A DNA stretch of 64,000 nt from Pirellulales bacterium (GCA_035533075.1 DATLUO010000045.1:161-64160); one strand, 5' to 3'; positions 43,288 to 53,588 are shown, numbered from the stretch's first letter. Numbers and translations: made by a program. The notes: generated from the letters alone by a model not told the origin.

Positions 43288-43508
43288 TGAGACATTCATG
43301 GCGGGCACCCGAGCCACCGCTTTTCTTCGTGGCAAAACGCCTCACCGTCGACTGCGAGAACTATAGCCTCTTGCGGCCGATTCGCCACGTCGGAATAATA
43401 GTTTCCAGTTTGCTGATTACGTGTTTTGCGGTAAGCTGTGGCAGTTCTTCGGCCAGACTGGCCCGCTTGATTGCTGGCTGGTAGGCTGTTTCGTCAGGGA
43501 AAAAGTTA

Positions 43509-43580
43509 GGCGCTGTCGCCAAGAGGCTAAGGCAGCGGATTGCAAATCCGCCATCGTGGGTTCGACTCCCACCAGCGCCT
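43509..43580 (+). tRNA. tRNA-Cys (GCA)
   Basis: Cloverleaf folded by hand. Acceptor GGCGCTG/CAGCGCC; anticodon stem GCGGA/TCCGC with loop TTGCAAA; T-arm GTGGG-TTCGACT-CCCAC; discriminator U73. CCA is not encoded. Confidence 0.95.
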
Positions 43581-43693
43581 CTTACGCCGTAAGAGCGGGA
43601 AACTCTGAAATATGGACTGTCGGAGAGCCTCCTGGTATCCTCAGCCATTGAGGGCAAGAGATAAGGCTGGCATCCCCCGTTGAGCACGCTCGC

Positions 43694-43906
43694 ATGTTCA
43701 TGTCATTGAAGCTGGGCCGAGACAGCGGCTATCCCGGCACGCTGTTCGTCAACCTGGACGACATTTCCACCGTCCACGTGTCGGAAGACGGCAGCTCGAT
43801 CAGAGTGGGGCTGCGCGGAAGCGACAAGCAGTGGACCTTGACCGGGGAGAACGTCTTGAAGGTGCTGCATGCGATCGAGCAGCACCTTCACCCCGGCAAC
43901 CAGTAG
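43694..43906 (+). CDS. hypothetical small protein (islet gene 4)
   Basis: 70-aa ORF with non-repetitive, globular-looking composition, in the lower-GC region downstream of the tRNA. Confidence 0.35.
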   Translation: MFMSLKLGRDSGYPGTLFVNLDDISTVHVSEDGSSIRVGLRGSDKQWTLTGENVLKVLHAIEQHLHPGNQ

Positions 43907-43948
43907 TACGGAATCGTGAGATTGTCTGCGGTCAGTTTGCCGCCCCGA

Positions 43949-46900
43949 CTAATCGGCCGCGACCGTCAAAGCCTCGTCTTTGATCGGTTCACGCGGGTGC
44001 GGAGGCTGTGAGGGATGGCTGCCGCCGAACGCGTCGGAGACGGCCTGCAGGACGACGTAAAACACCGGCGTCAAAAAAATTCCGCAGAGCGTCACACCGA
44101 GCATGCCGCTGAATACGGCCGTGCCGAGTTGTTGCCGCATCTCGTGGCCGGCCCCTTTGGCGATCACCAGCGGCACCACGCCCAGAATGAAGGCGAAGGA
44201 GGTCATCAAGATCGGCCGCAGCCGAAGTTTGGCCGCGTTGATGGCGGCATCGCGACGATTCGCGCCATGATGCTCGCGCTGCTGCTTGGCAAACTCGACG
44301 ATCAACACCGCGTTTTTGGCCGCCAGCCCGATCAAGACGACAAAGCCGATCTGGGCGAAGATGTTGTTGTCCATGCCCCGCAGATTGATGCCGATCAGGG
44401 CAAACAGCACGCTCAAGGGCACGATCAAGATGATTGCCAACGGCAATGTCCAGCTTTCATACTCGGCCGCGTGCGTCAAGAAAACGAACAGCACGCAGAG
44501 CGGAAAAATGTAGATGGCCGTGTTGCCGGCCAGAATCTGCTGGAAGGTCAGATCGGTCCATTGATAGGCCATGCTCGCGGGCAGGTCCTTCTTGGCGATT
44601 TCGTCGGCCATATCGATCACCTGGCCGGAACTGACCTCCGAGGTGGCCACCAGATTGATCTCGGCGGCCGGAAACATGTTGTAGCGATTGTAGACGGCCG
44701 GCCCGCCGATCTCTTTGACCGTGATCATCGTGCCCAAGGGCACCATGTCGCCCTTGAAATTGCGCACTTTGAGCTTCGCAATATCTTCCGGCCGGCGGCG
44801 GAACTGCGTGTCGGCCTGCGCGTAGACCTGCCAGTTGCGGCCCAGGAAGGTAATGTCGTTGATGTAGGCCGAGCCGAGATAAATTTGCAGTGTGTCGAAG
44901 ACGTCGTTCAAGGCCACGTTCATGTTCTTGACCTTCGTGCGGTCGACGTCGACATACAACTGAGGGGTGTTGGCCCGAAAGCTGGTCATGGCGGCAACGA
45001 CGCCCGGCTGACCGCGGGCCGTGTCGATCATGTTCAGCGTGGCGCCTTCCAAGTTGGCCAGGCCCGTGCTGCCGCGGTCTTGCACTTCAAGCTTGTAGCC
45101 GCCGGTCGTGCCCAGCCCCTGAATCGGCGGCGCGTTGAACACGCCCACCAACGCCTCCTGAATGCCTCGTGTCTCGCGCTGCAAGCTGGCGATGATCGCA
45201 TCGGCGCCTTGAGCCGGATCGTTCTCGCGGTCGTGAAAGGGCGCCAGCACCAGAATCACCGAGGCCACGTTGGCCAGGTTGATGCCGTTGACCATCGAGT
45301 AACCCGGCAGCCCGACCGTGTGGGCGACTCCCGGCGTCTTCAAGGCGATCTTCGTCAACGTGTCGCACACGGCCGACGTGCGCTCCAGCGAAGCCGAGTC
45401 GGGCAACTGGGCGTTGAGGAACAAGTATCCCTGGTCTTGTTGCGGAATGAAACCAATCGGCGTCCGCTGCAAGTCGAGCCACGTCAGGCCGATCAAGCCC
45501 GCATACACGGCCAGCGAGACGACCGCGCCGCGAATGCACCACGTCACCAGGTGGCCGTAAACGTCGGTGGTCCAATTAAACACCCGGTTGAAACCGCGGA
45601 AAAACCAGCCCAGCGTCGAATCGAGCAGCCAGGTGAGCGGGTCGCGCTTGGCGGTTTTCGGTTTGAGCAGGATCGCGGTCAAGGCCGGGCTGAGCGTAAG
45701 CGAGTTGAAGGCCGAGATCAACGTCGAAACGGCGATGGTCAAGGCGAACTGCCGATAAAACTGGCCCGAGATTCCCGAAATGAATGCCACCGGGATGAAC
45801 ACCGCGCTTAAGCCAAAGGCCACGGCAATAACGGCGACCGTCACCTCCTCCATCGACTTATAAGAAGCTTCACGCGGCGACAGACCGTGCTCGATCCACC
45901 GCTCGACGTTTTCGACCACCACGATCGCGTCGTCGACCACCACGCCGATGGCCAGCACCAGCCCGAACATCGAGAGATTATTGAGCGAAAAGCCGAGCAA
46001 ATGCATCACGGCGAAGGTGCCCACAAGCGAAACCGGCACGGCCAAGAGCGGAATGATCGTGGCCCGCCAGCTTTGCAAGAACACCAGCACCACGATGAAC
46101 ACCAGCACGAACGCCTCGAGCAGTGTATGCACCACGCTTTCCAGGCTTTTGCGCACGAAGTCGGTCGTGTCGTAGTAGATGCCGTACTCGATTCCCTCCG
46201 GAAAACGTTGCTTGAGCAGCTTCATTTCGGCATACACGCGGTTCGCGATGTCGATGCTGTTGGCCCCGGGCAACTGGTAGACCAAGAGCGAAGTGGCGGG
46301 TTTGCCGTCGAGATTCGAATCGACGTCGTAGTTCTGGGCGCCCAACTCTGCCCGTCCGACGTCGCGCAGCCGCACGACTGTGCCATCGGCATTTGTCTTG
46401 ACGATGATCTCTTCGAACTGCTCCTGCGAAATCAGCCGGCCCAGCGTGTTGACCGCGTATTGAAAATCGGTGCCGGCGGCGACGGGCGGAGCACCGATGC
46501 GGCCGGCGGCCACCTGCACGTTCTGCTCGCGAATCGCCCGCACCACGTCGCTGGCGTCCATATTGCGCGTGGCCAGCTTTGTCGGATCGAGCCAAAGCCG
46601 CATGCTGTAATCGCGGGCGCCGCTGATCTTGACGTCGCCCACCCCTTTCAAACGGGCGATCGAGTCTTTGATCTGCACGGTCATGTAATTGCTCAGATAG
46701 AGCTGGTCGTAGCGGCCCTCCGGCGAGAACAGGTTCACCACCAGCAAGATCGCCGGCGATTTCTTTTTGGTGGTCACGCCCTGGGCCTTCACGGCTTCGG
46801 GCAATCTCGGCTCGGCGATCGCCACGCGGTTTTGCACCAGCACCTGGGCGATATCGACGTTGGTGCCCAGCTCGAACGTGATGTCGAGCGTCATGTTGCC

Positions 46901-47161
46901 GTCGTTGGTGCATTGCGACGACATATAGAGCATGCGTTCGACGCCGTTGACCTGCTGCTCGATCTGCGCGGCCACGGTATCGGCCACCACCTGGGCATTC
47001 GCGCCCGGATAGCTGGCCGTGACCTGCACCACCGGCGGCACGACCTCGGGATAGAGCGACGTCGGCAAGAGAGCCACGACGGCGATCGTGCCGGCGATCA
47101 CCGTGACAATCGCCAGCACCGCCGCGAAGATCGGCCGATCGATAAAAAAGCGTGAAAACAA
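43949..47161 (-). CDS. multidrug-type (HAE1) RND transporter, AcrB-like
   Basis: 1070-aa ORF with a TTG start. FSRFFIDRPIFAAVLAIVTVIAG...YPEVVPPVVQVTASYPGANAQVV and a 12-TM layout. Confidence 0.9.
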   Translation of the reverse strand: MFSRFFIDRPIFAAVLAIVTVIAGTIAVVALLPTSLYPEVVPPVVQVTASYPGANAQVVADTVAAQIEQQVNGVERMLYMSSQCTNDGNMTLDITFELGTNVDIAQVLVQNRVAIAEPRLPEAVKAQGVTTKKKSPAILLVVNLFSPEGRYDQLYLSNYMTVQIKDSIARLKGVGDVKISGARDYSMRLWLDPTKLATRNMDASDVVRAIREQNVQVAAGRIGAPPVAAGTDFQYAVNTLGRLISQEQFEEIIVKTNADGTVVRLRDVGRAELGAQNYDVDSNLDGKPATSLLVYQLPGANSIDIANRVYAEMKLLKQRFPEGIEYGIYYDTTDFVRKSLESVVHTLLEAFVLVFIVVLVFLQSWRATIIPLLAVPVSLVGTFAVMHLLGFSLNNLSMFGLVLAIGVVVDDAIVVVENVERWIEHGLSPREASYKSMEEVTVAVIAVAFGLSAVFIPVAFISGISGQFYRQFALTIAVSTLISAFNSLTLSPALTAILLKPKTAKRDPLTWLLDSTLGWFFRGFNRVFNWTTDVYGHLVTWCIRGAVVSLAVYAGLIGLTWLDLQRTPIGFIPQQDQGYLFLNAQLPDSASLERTSAVCDTLTKIALKTPGVAHTVGLPGYSMVNGINLANVASVILVLAPFHDRENDPAQGADAIIASLQRETRGIQEALVGVFNAPPIQGLGTTGGYKLEVQDRGSTGLANLEGATLNMIDTARGQPGVVAAMTSFRANTPQLYVDVDRTKVKNMNVALNDVFDTLQIYLGSAYINDITFLGRNWQVYAQADTQFRRRPEDIAKLKVRNFKGDMVPLGTMITVKEIGGPAVYNRYNMFPAAEINLVATSEVSSGQVIDMADEIAKKDLPASMAYQWTDLTFQQILAGNTAIYIFPLCVLFVFLTHAAEYESWTLPLAIILIVPLSVLFALIGINLRGMDNNIFAQIGFVVLIGLAAKNAVLIVEFAKQQREHHGANRRDAAINAAKLRLRPILMTSFAFILGVVPLVIAKGAGHEMRQQLGTAVFSGMLGVTLCGIFLTPVFYVVLQAVSDAFGGSHPSQPPHPREPIKDEALTVAAD

Positions 47162-47166
47162 GGAAG

Positions 47167-47194
47167 GGTCTTTGGTTTTAGGTCTTTGGTTTTT
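47167..47194. repeat. tandem 14-mer in the acrA-acrB-like intergenic region
   Basis: GGTCTTTGGTTTTA followed by GGTCTTTGGTTTTT. Confidence 0.6.
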
Positions 47195-47212
47195 CGGTTC
47201 TGATCGGTTTCC

Positions 47213-48415
47213 CTACAGATTCTTGGTAGGATCCGCGTCCGAGGCAGCCGATTGCGTCTCCTCACCTGCCTCCACTTCCACCGGCAGCGGCATTGCCGTT
47301 TTCTCCGCCTGCACCGTGCTGCCCGGACGGGCGCGTTGCAGGCCGTTGACAATCACCCACTCGCCGGGCTTCAGCCCCTTTTCGATCGCCCGCAGACCAT
47401 CGACGAGCGGCCCCGTCGCCACCTCGCGGTATTCAACTTTGTTTTCCGGCCCGACGACGAGCAGATACTTTCGGCCCTGGTCCATGCCTACCGCCCGATC
47501 GCTCACCAACAGCGCCGGCCGCTTCTCAGGCGACCGAACGCGCACGTTGACGAACATGCCGGGCGTAAGGACGCCGTCGGCGTTGGGAAACTCCGCCCGC
47601 ACACGAATGGTGCCCGTGGCCGGATCGACCTTGTTGTCGATGAAGTCGATGCGTCCGCGATGCGGAAACCCGGTTTCGTTGGCCAATTGCATCTCGACCA
47701 CCGGCGGCGTGCGGTTTGGGTCGCGCGCCCTGGCCCCCACGCGCAACATGGTCGGCTCATCGACGTCGAACGCGGCGTAGATTGGATCGACGGGCACAAT
47801 GGTCGTCAGCAGCGTGGCGTTGCCGGCGGTGCCGTTGACGAGGTTCCCCTTGGTGATGATCGCCCGGCTCACGCGCCCGCCGACGGCCGCCGTGACGGTG
47901 GAATATTCGCGATCGAGCTTGGCAGTGGCCAGATTGGCGGCGGCCTGCTTCACCGACGCCGCCGCTTCGGCCTCGTCGGCGATGACCCGGTCGTACTCCT
48001 CCTGCGTGATGGTCTTGTTCTTAATCAGCTTTTCGGCACGGGCCAGATCGGCGGCGGCCCGTTTAGCCCGGGCCTTGGCCGAGGCCAGGGCCGCCTCGTC
48101 GCGGGCGACGGCCGCGTCGAACGGCCGCGGATCGATCTGGAGCAGCAGGTCGCCTTCCTTGACGATCGCTCCGTCGGTGAAAGCCACCTTGTCGATGAAG
48201 CCGCTCACCCGCGCTCGCACTTCGACCGCCTTGATCGCCTCGGTATGACCGATGAAGTAGTGGTCGTCGCTGATCTCGCGGTCGATCGGCTGGCTGATGG
48301 TGACGGTGGGCGGCGGAGTCGGCTCAAGTTCGACGTGCTTGCGTTCGCAACCGACCGCTGCCTGCAGCGCTAGAACGGCGCAAATGATTGGCAAACGATC
48401 GGCAAACGATTGCAT
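47213..48415 (-). CDS. RND efflux periplasmic adaptor lipoprotein, AcrA-like
   Basis: Start at MQSFADRLPIICAVLALQAAVGC (ATG 48415, lipobox). Contains HlyD-type lipoyl, hairpin and barrel segments. Confidence 0.85.
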   Translation of the reverse strand: MQSFADRLPIICAVLALQAAVGCERKHVELEPTPPPTVTISQPIDREISDDHYFIGHTEAIKAVEVRARVSGFIDKVAFTDGAIVKEGDLLLQIDPRPFDAAVARDEAALASAKARAKRAAADLARAEKLIKNKTITQEEYDRVIADEAEAAASVKQAAANLATAKLDREYSTVTAAVGGRVSRAIITKGNLVNGTAGNATLLTTIVPVDPIYAAFDVDEPTMLRVGARARDPNRTPPVVEMQLANETGFPHRGRIDFIDNKVDPATGTIRVRAEFPNADGVLTPGMFVNVRVRSPEKRPALLVSDRAVGMDQGRKYLLVVGPENKVEYREVATGPLVDGLRAIEKGLKPGEWVIVNGLQRARPGSTVQAEKTAMPLPVEVEAGEETQSAASDADPTKNL

Positions 48416-48621
48416 CGCTGACTCCAAGTAATGACCACCCGCGTCGAGTGTCTTCGTTCGCGCTTCAGTATAAGGCGGCCCGCGTGACGTGCAATCGGCT
48501 ATCGAACGAGTATCTCTCTTCGTATAATGACTCCCGTTTGGCCGATTTCAGATTTGATTCGCTCGTCGACCCAGGCTGGCACGGAACCACCAAACATCCA
48601 CCACTCAAAGGAATGTGACTT

Positions 48622-51087
48622 ATGTCCACCACCACCGAACGGCGACGGAAATCCGATGAAAGCGACAAGGCTGCGACGCGCGGCGCCCTTTCGACCGAGG
48701 AGTTGCGAAAGATCGACGCCTACTGGCGGGCAGCCAACTATCTCTCGGTCGGCCAGATCTACCTGCTCGACAACCCGCTCTTGAAAGAGCCGCTCAAGCG
48801 AGAGCACATCAAGCCGCGGCTGCTCGGGCATTGGGGCACGACGCCGGGGCTGAACATGCTCTATGTGCATCTCAATCGCGTGATCAAACGCGACGACCTG
48901 AACATGATCTACGTCATCGGCCCCGGGCATGGCGGCCCGGCGCTGGTAGCCAACGCCTACCTGGAGAGCACCTACAGCGAGGTTTATCCAAACATCGGGC
49001 AGGACGCCGCGGGAATGAAGCGGCTGTTCAAGCAGTTCAGCTTCCCCGGCGGAATTCCCAGCCATGTGGCCCCCGAAACGCCGGGCAGCATCCACGAAGG
49101 CGGCGAGCTGGGCTACGCGCTCAGCCACGCCTACGGCGCCGCCTTCGACAACCCCGACCTGATCGTGGCCTGCGTCGTGGGCGACGGCGAAGCCGAAACC
49201 GGCCCCCTGGCCACCGGCTGGCACGGCAACAAGTTCATCAACCCGGCCCGCGACGGTTGCGTGCTGCCGATTCTGCACCTCAACGGCTACAAGATCGCCA
49301 ATCCCTGCTTTCTGGCCCGCATTCCGCACGACGAGCTGGAAAAGTTCTTCGAGGGCATGGGCTACAAGCCGTACTTCGTCGAGGGCGACGAGCCGCTCGA
49401 GGTCCATCAGCGTCTGGCCGAAGTGCTCGACGAAGTGGTGGCCGAGATCAAGCATATCTGGACCGACGCTCGGGCCAACGGCGACGTGACCCGCCCGGCC
49501 TGGCCGATGATCGTCTTCCGCACGCCCAAGGGTTGGACCTGCCCGAAGGAGATCGACGGCAAAAAGTGCGAAGGCTACTGGCGCAGCCACCAGGTGCCGA
49601 TGGGCGACATGGACAAGCCCGAGCACATTCGCATTCTCGAAGGCTGGATGAAAAAGTATCGGCCGCAAGAGCTGTTCGACGAGAACGGCCGGTTCCAGGC
49701 CGAGCTGGCCGAGTTGGCCCCGCAAGGCGAGCGGCGGATGAGCGACAATCCGCACGCCAACGGCGGCCTGCTGTTGCGCGATCTGAAGTTGCCCGACTTC
49801 CGCGACTATGCGGTCGAGGTATCCAGCCCCGGCGCCAGCATGGCCGAATCGACCCGCATGATGGGCAAGTTCCTGCGCGACGTGATGAAGCTCAATCTCG
49901 ACAGCCAGAACTTCCGCCTGTTCAGCCCCGACGAGAACAACTCGAACCGCTGGCAGGACGTGCTCGAAGTCACGAACCGCTGCTACATGGCCGAAATCTA
50001 TCCCGATGACGACCATCTCAGCCCCGACGGCCGTGTGATGGAAGTGCTCAGCGAGCACCAGTGCCAGGGCTGGCTGGAAGGTTATCTGCTCACGGGCCGT
50101 CATGGATTCTTTTCCTGCTACGAGGCGTTCATCCACATCATCGACTCGATGTTCAACCAGCACGCCAAATGGTTGAAGGTTTGCCAGCACATCCCCTGGC
50201 GGCGGCCGATCGCCTCGTTCAACTACCTGCTCAGCTCGCACGTCTGGCGGCAAGACCACAACGGTTTCAGCCACCAGGATCCGGGCTTTATCGACCACGT
50301 GGTCAACAAGAAGGCCGAGGTCATCCGCGTGTTCTTGCCGCCCGACGCCAACTGCCTGCTCTCGGTGACCGACCACTGTTTGCGGAGCCGCGACTATATC
50401 AATGTCGTGGTGGCGGGCAAGCAACCCGCGCCGCAGTGGCTCACGATGGAGCAGGCCATCAAGCATTGCACGCAAGGCATCAGCATTTGGGAGTGGGCCA
50501 GCAACGACAAAGGCAGCGAGCCCGATGTGGTCATGGCCTGCTGCGGCGACGTGCCCACGCTGGAGACGTTGGCCGCGGTTGAAATGCTGCGCACACACTT
50601 GCCCGAGTTGAAAGTGCGCGTGGTCAATGTCGTGAACCTGATGAAGCTGCAACCGGCGACGGAACATCCCAACGGGCTTTCCGATCTTGACTTCGACTCC
50701 CTGTTTACCAAAGACAAGCCGATCGTCTTTGCTTTCCACGGCTATCCGTGGTTGATTCACCGGCTCACGTATCGGCGCACGAACCACAAAAACTTGCACG
50801 TCCGGGGCTATAAGGAAGAAGGGACGACGACCACGCCGTTCGACATGGTGGTGCTGAACGAACTCGATCGGTTTCATCTGGTGAACGACGTGATCGACCG
50901 GCTGCCGCAGCTTGGCGCCAAGGCGGCCTACTTCAAGCAGGCGATCAACGAAAAGTTGATCGAGCACAAGCAGTACATCGACCGCTACGGCGACGACATG
51001 CCGGCGATCAGCGGCTGGCAGTGGGGACGCACCGGTGCCGGACCGGCGACGACCTCGAAGACCTCGACGGCGGCGGACAATACTTAG
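48622..51087 (+). CDS. xfp: xylulose-5-phosphate/fructose-6-phosphate phosphoketolase
   Basis: 821-aa [41 protein letters not shown] and [15 protein letters not shown] are hallmark XFP motifs. Confidence 0.92.
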   Translation: MSTTTERRRKSDESDKAATRGALSTEELRKIDAYWRAANYLSVGQIYLLDNPLLKEPLKREHIKPRLLGHWGTTPGLNMLYVHLNRVIKRDDLNMIYVIGPGHGGPALVANAYLESTYSEVYPNIGQDAAGMKRLFKQFSFPGGIPSHVAPETPGSIHEGGELGYALSHAYGAAFDNPDLIVACVVGDGEAETGPLATGWHGNKFINPARDGCVLPILHLNGYKIANPCFLARIPHDELEKFFEGMGYKPYFVEGDEPLEVHQRLAEVLDEVVAEIKHIWTDARANGDVTRPAWPMIVFRTPKGWTCPKEIDGKKCEGYWRSHQVPMGDMDKPEHIRILEGWMKKYRPQELFDENGRFQAELAELAPQGERRMSDNPHANGGLLLRDLKLPDFRDYAVEVSSPGASMAESTRMMGKFLRDVMKLNLDSQNFRLFSPDENNSNRWQDVLEVTNRCYMAEIYPDDDHLSPDGRVMEVLSEHQCQGWLEGYLLTGRHGFFSCYEAFIHIIDSMFNQHAKWLKVCQHIPWRRPIASFNYLLSSHVWRQDHNGFSHQDPGFIDHVVNKKAEVIRVFLPPDANCLLSVTDHCLRSRDYINVVVAGKQPAPQWLTMEQAIKHCTQGISIWEWASNDKGSEPDVVMACCGDVPTLETLAAVEMLRTHLPELKVRVVNVVNLMKLQPATEHPNGLSDLDFDSLFTKDKPIVFAFHGYPWLIHRLTYRRTNHKNLHVRGYKEEGTTTTPFDMVVLNELDRFHLVNDVIDRLPQLGAKAAYFKQAINEKLIEHKQYIDRYGDDMPAISGWQWGRTGAGPATTSKTSTAADNT

Positions 51088-51286
51088 CCGTTCCACCCAT
51101 GAAACAAAGGTCCTTACATGGCCAAAATCGCACGTTCCGTCGAATCGAAACGCATTGAAAAGACCGCAGCCAAGCCGTCAGGCCCGCTCGATCACGACTT
51201 CTACAACCGGCACTTGGTGTTGGACCAGCCCCTCGCTGCCGACACCAACCGGAAGCGCCGGTTTTCATGTCGCGATTTTGGCACCC

Positions 51287-51480
51287 GGCCGCGTAGCGGC
51301 CACAGAGTTTAGCCATGGGCGCGAGCCCACGGAAAACTTTGTAAATCCCTCCGCGGAGCCGCGTAGCGGCGGCAGAAGTCGCGCGTGAACCTCTGTCGCC
51401 GCTACGCGGCTTTGTTGGCACTCGCCGAATGTTACCGTGGGTTTGCACCCACGGCTAAATCCCAGCGCCGCTACGCGGCC
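51287..51480. repeat. family-C elements, two ~90-nt copies in inverted orientation
   Basis: Copy 1 is 51287-51377 and copy 2 (inverted) is 51391-51480. Each is bounded by CCGCGTAGCGGC and carries a central CCGTGGG-n-CCCACGG hairpin. Together they form a ~190-nt imperfect palindrome. Confidence 0.75.
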
Positions 51481-52026
51481 GACGAGTCGCAGCGGCGGGC
51501 GCTCTCGACCTTGTTTTCGGGCGTGTTGGAGTTCAACAACCTTTTTGCCTCCTACAAAGGCGAGGGGACGGGCGCGGTGCGGCACATGTTTTCGCACCAC
51601 ATTCTCAAGCCCGAACGGATGCCGATCGAGGCCAACCTCTGGGGCACTCTCAAAAGTTCTGGCTCGTTCTCGAACCTTTTCCGCAGCCGCCTGCTGCGAG
51701 CCATCGACTATCGCCGCGACCCCACGGAGCTGACCCTCGACGGGGCCAGCCGCCGCGTCTGCTCGCCGCCGTTCTCCGAAACCATCGAACCAGCGTGGCC
51801 CCAGTCCCTCTCCCTCCGGGAGAGGTGAGGTGAGGGAGGTGAAGGAATAAACGGCCGCCTGATCGACCGCGGCATCTATCTCTCTTGCGGCACCTCCAGC
51901 GGCACGGGCCTGGCCGACGGCAGCATCGACCTGGTCGTCACCGACCCGCCCTTCTTCGACAACGTCCACTACTCGGAGCTGGCCGATTTCTTTTATGCCT
52001 GGCAGCAACTCGACTGCGACCGATGA
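51481..52026 (+). pseudogene. internal fragment of an amino-DNA-methyltransferase (motif IV DPPF retained)
   Basis: A single frame reads ...YKGEGTGAVRHMFSHHILKPERMPIEANLWGT...RER*GEGGEG...GSIDLVVTDPPFFDNVHYSELADFFYAWQQL. The in-frame TGA at 51829-51831 sits inside a CCCTCTCCCTCC...GGTGAGGGAGG hairpin-type insert. Both the N- and C-terminal parts of the gene are missing. Confidence 0.5.
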
Positions 52027-52086
52027 ACTAAATCGCCTCCTTGGCCCCGCTTGTATACCCAAGATGCCGAGACCGACGGATGACTA

Positions 52087-53193
52087 CTAGTCTTCGCCGA
52101 TGCTGACCGCGTGGGCGTACCGCGTGGGAACCGCTGAAAAGCGGGCCACTCGCTCCAGCGACTGCTTCAGCCGGTTGCAGGCCTCGCAGGCGGGCGGCTT
52201 TTCGGCGAACCAGAACACGCCGGAGGTCACCGGTTTCAGGCAGGTGACGGCTGTTTTGCCGCCGTTGGCGCTTCTTGAGTCGGCCAACCGTAACTGCTGG
52301 GCTTCCGTCGCCACGGCGTCGATCAGGTCGTAACGGTCCTTGGACGACTTGGCCGCCAGGTATTGTTGCTGGGCTTCGGCCATCTCCAGCGCGGCCCGCT
52401 CAGCCACTGCGTCGCCGGCCACGTGCAACGCCAGAAACGCTTTCGCCGCGCCGATCTCCTCGCTCGATTTGAAGAAATAACGCTTCACGGTTCCTCGGGC
52501 CTGGCAAGAGAGCAGCAGCCAATCGCCGCGCCAATCGCTCGGCACCACGAAGCGGAACGAGAACGGCTTGATGCCCTCGAACGTGCCGGCGGCCGTCCGG
52601 CGCAGCTTGAAGAACAAACCGTGCTCGTTGCCCAGCGTGCCGCTGGCCACCACGACCTTGCCGGGCGGAATCTTCTTGGTCGTCTCTTTCAGTTCGTTGC
52701 GGTGTGTGGCGTTGGCGTTGCCGGCCGGAAACGCCGACGTGAACGTCGCGCCCTGCCCGTTCGCGTTGCCGCTGGCCACCGAAAGCGAGGTGCCGATGGT
52801 AGCGCCGAGCGAGCGGATGGTTTCGCTCGTCTTGACGACTTCGATGGGATCGGCGGCCTCGGCTTCGACTTGTGTGCGGGGCAGAAAGTCGATGACCCGC
52901 AACCGCCCGCCGGGGCTGGTGATCTCGAACTGCAATTGCTCGACGTCCTTTTCGTCGCCTTTTTCCATGCGCACGGAAACGCGCAGATTGGCTTCGACGA
53001 CTTTCTCGTCGGGGTGCAGCATGGCAAACGCCTGCGGCGTGACATCGTGGCACTCCACCGCGTAACCGAGGTCGAAGCCGACCTTTGGTTGGTTTGCGAG
53101 GGTTGAGGAAGCGAGAGGAAAAACGAGCATCAGCAACGACGCGAGAATGTGTGCCGACGACGACTGGCGTGCGAGTGAGCAAAGGTTTCTCAT
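52087..53193 (-). CDS. hypothetical secreted protein
   Basis: Start moved to MRNLCSLARQSSSAHILASLLMLVFPLASS (ATG 53193), a signal-peptide-like N-terminus. No family recognised. Confidence 0.6.
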   Translation of the reverse strand: MRNLCSLARQSSSAHILASLLMLVFPLASSTLANQPKVGFDLGYAVECHDVTPQAFAMLHPDEKVVEANLRVSVRMEKGDEKDVEQLQFEITSPGGRLRVIDFLPRTQVEAEAADPIEVVKTSETIRSLGATIGTSLSVASGNANGQGATFTSAFPAGNANATHRNELKETTKKIPPGKVVVASGTLGNEHGLFFKLRRTAAGTFEGIKPFSFRFVVPSDWRGDWLLLSCQARGTVKRYFFKSSEEIGAAKAFLALHVAGDAVAERAALEMAEAQQQYLAAKSSKDRYDLIDAVATEAQQLRLADSRSANGGKTAVTCLKPVTSGVFWFAEKPPACEACNRLKQSLERVARFSAVPTRYAHAVSIGED

Positions 53194-53588
53194 CGACGGC
53201 CTCTTCTTTCTGCAATGGAAAAGTGACCTCTGACGGATTTGCAAACCACGTGCCGGGCGTGCGGAGTCGCGAGCAACGATCGCTTTCCGCTATACATGAA
53301 CACCGCCCGGCTTGACAATTCTTACGCAACTGCGGCAAGTCGCGTTCGTTTTTTTGAAATTTATGCAAAGAGGTGGCCTCCGTGCCCCGCACAGATTCGC
53401 CAGTTTAGCAGCGGGACACGCGACGAGGGATGAGGGATGAGCAGAGCGAGAAACAAAGGCCGCGGAGGCGGGATGATGAGTAAGGGCGTCTCGCCCTGTC
53501 GCAGCTTCGCGACAGCGCGCTGGGCCGCTACGCACAGCCATACCACAACGCACGGTCGGGAAAGTCATGCCTCATTCGTCATTCGTCA

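Noticed and set aside
43361-43687. 108-aa minus-strand ORF
   Set aside because: It runs antisense through the tRNA-Cys gene.
41952-43948. tRNA-Cys islet as an intact integrative element or prophage
   Set aside because: No integrase or recombinase gene, no direct repeat of the tRNA 3' end found by eye, and only ~2 kb of cargo.
48523-48528. TATAAT box upstream of the phosphoketolase gene as a promoter call
   Set aside because: No acceptable -35 (TTGACA-like) hexamer at 16-18 nt spacing. Planctomycete promoter rules are uncertain, so a single hexamer is not enough.
48499-51096. 865-aa minus-strand ORF
   Set aside because: It is antisense to phosphoketolase, whose hallmark motifs are on the plus strand.
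51829-51831. In-frame TGA in the methylase frame read as selenocysteine or programmed readthrough
   Set aside because: The TGA lies inside an inserted repeat hairpin. The gene also lacks both termini, and no SECIS-like context is evident. Pseudogenisation is the simpler explanation.
51265-52062. 265-aa minus-strand ORF
   Set aside because: It spans the family-C palindrome and the antisense of the methylase relic. No motifs and shadow-like composition.
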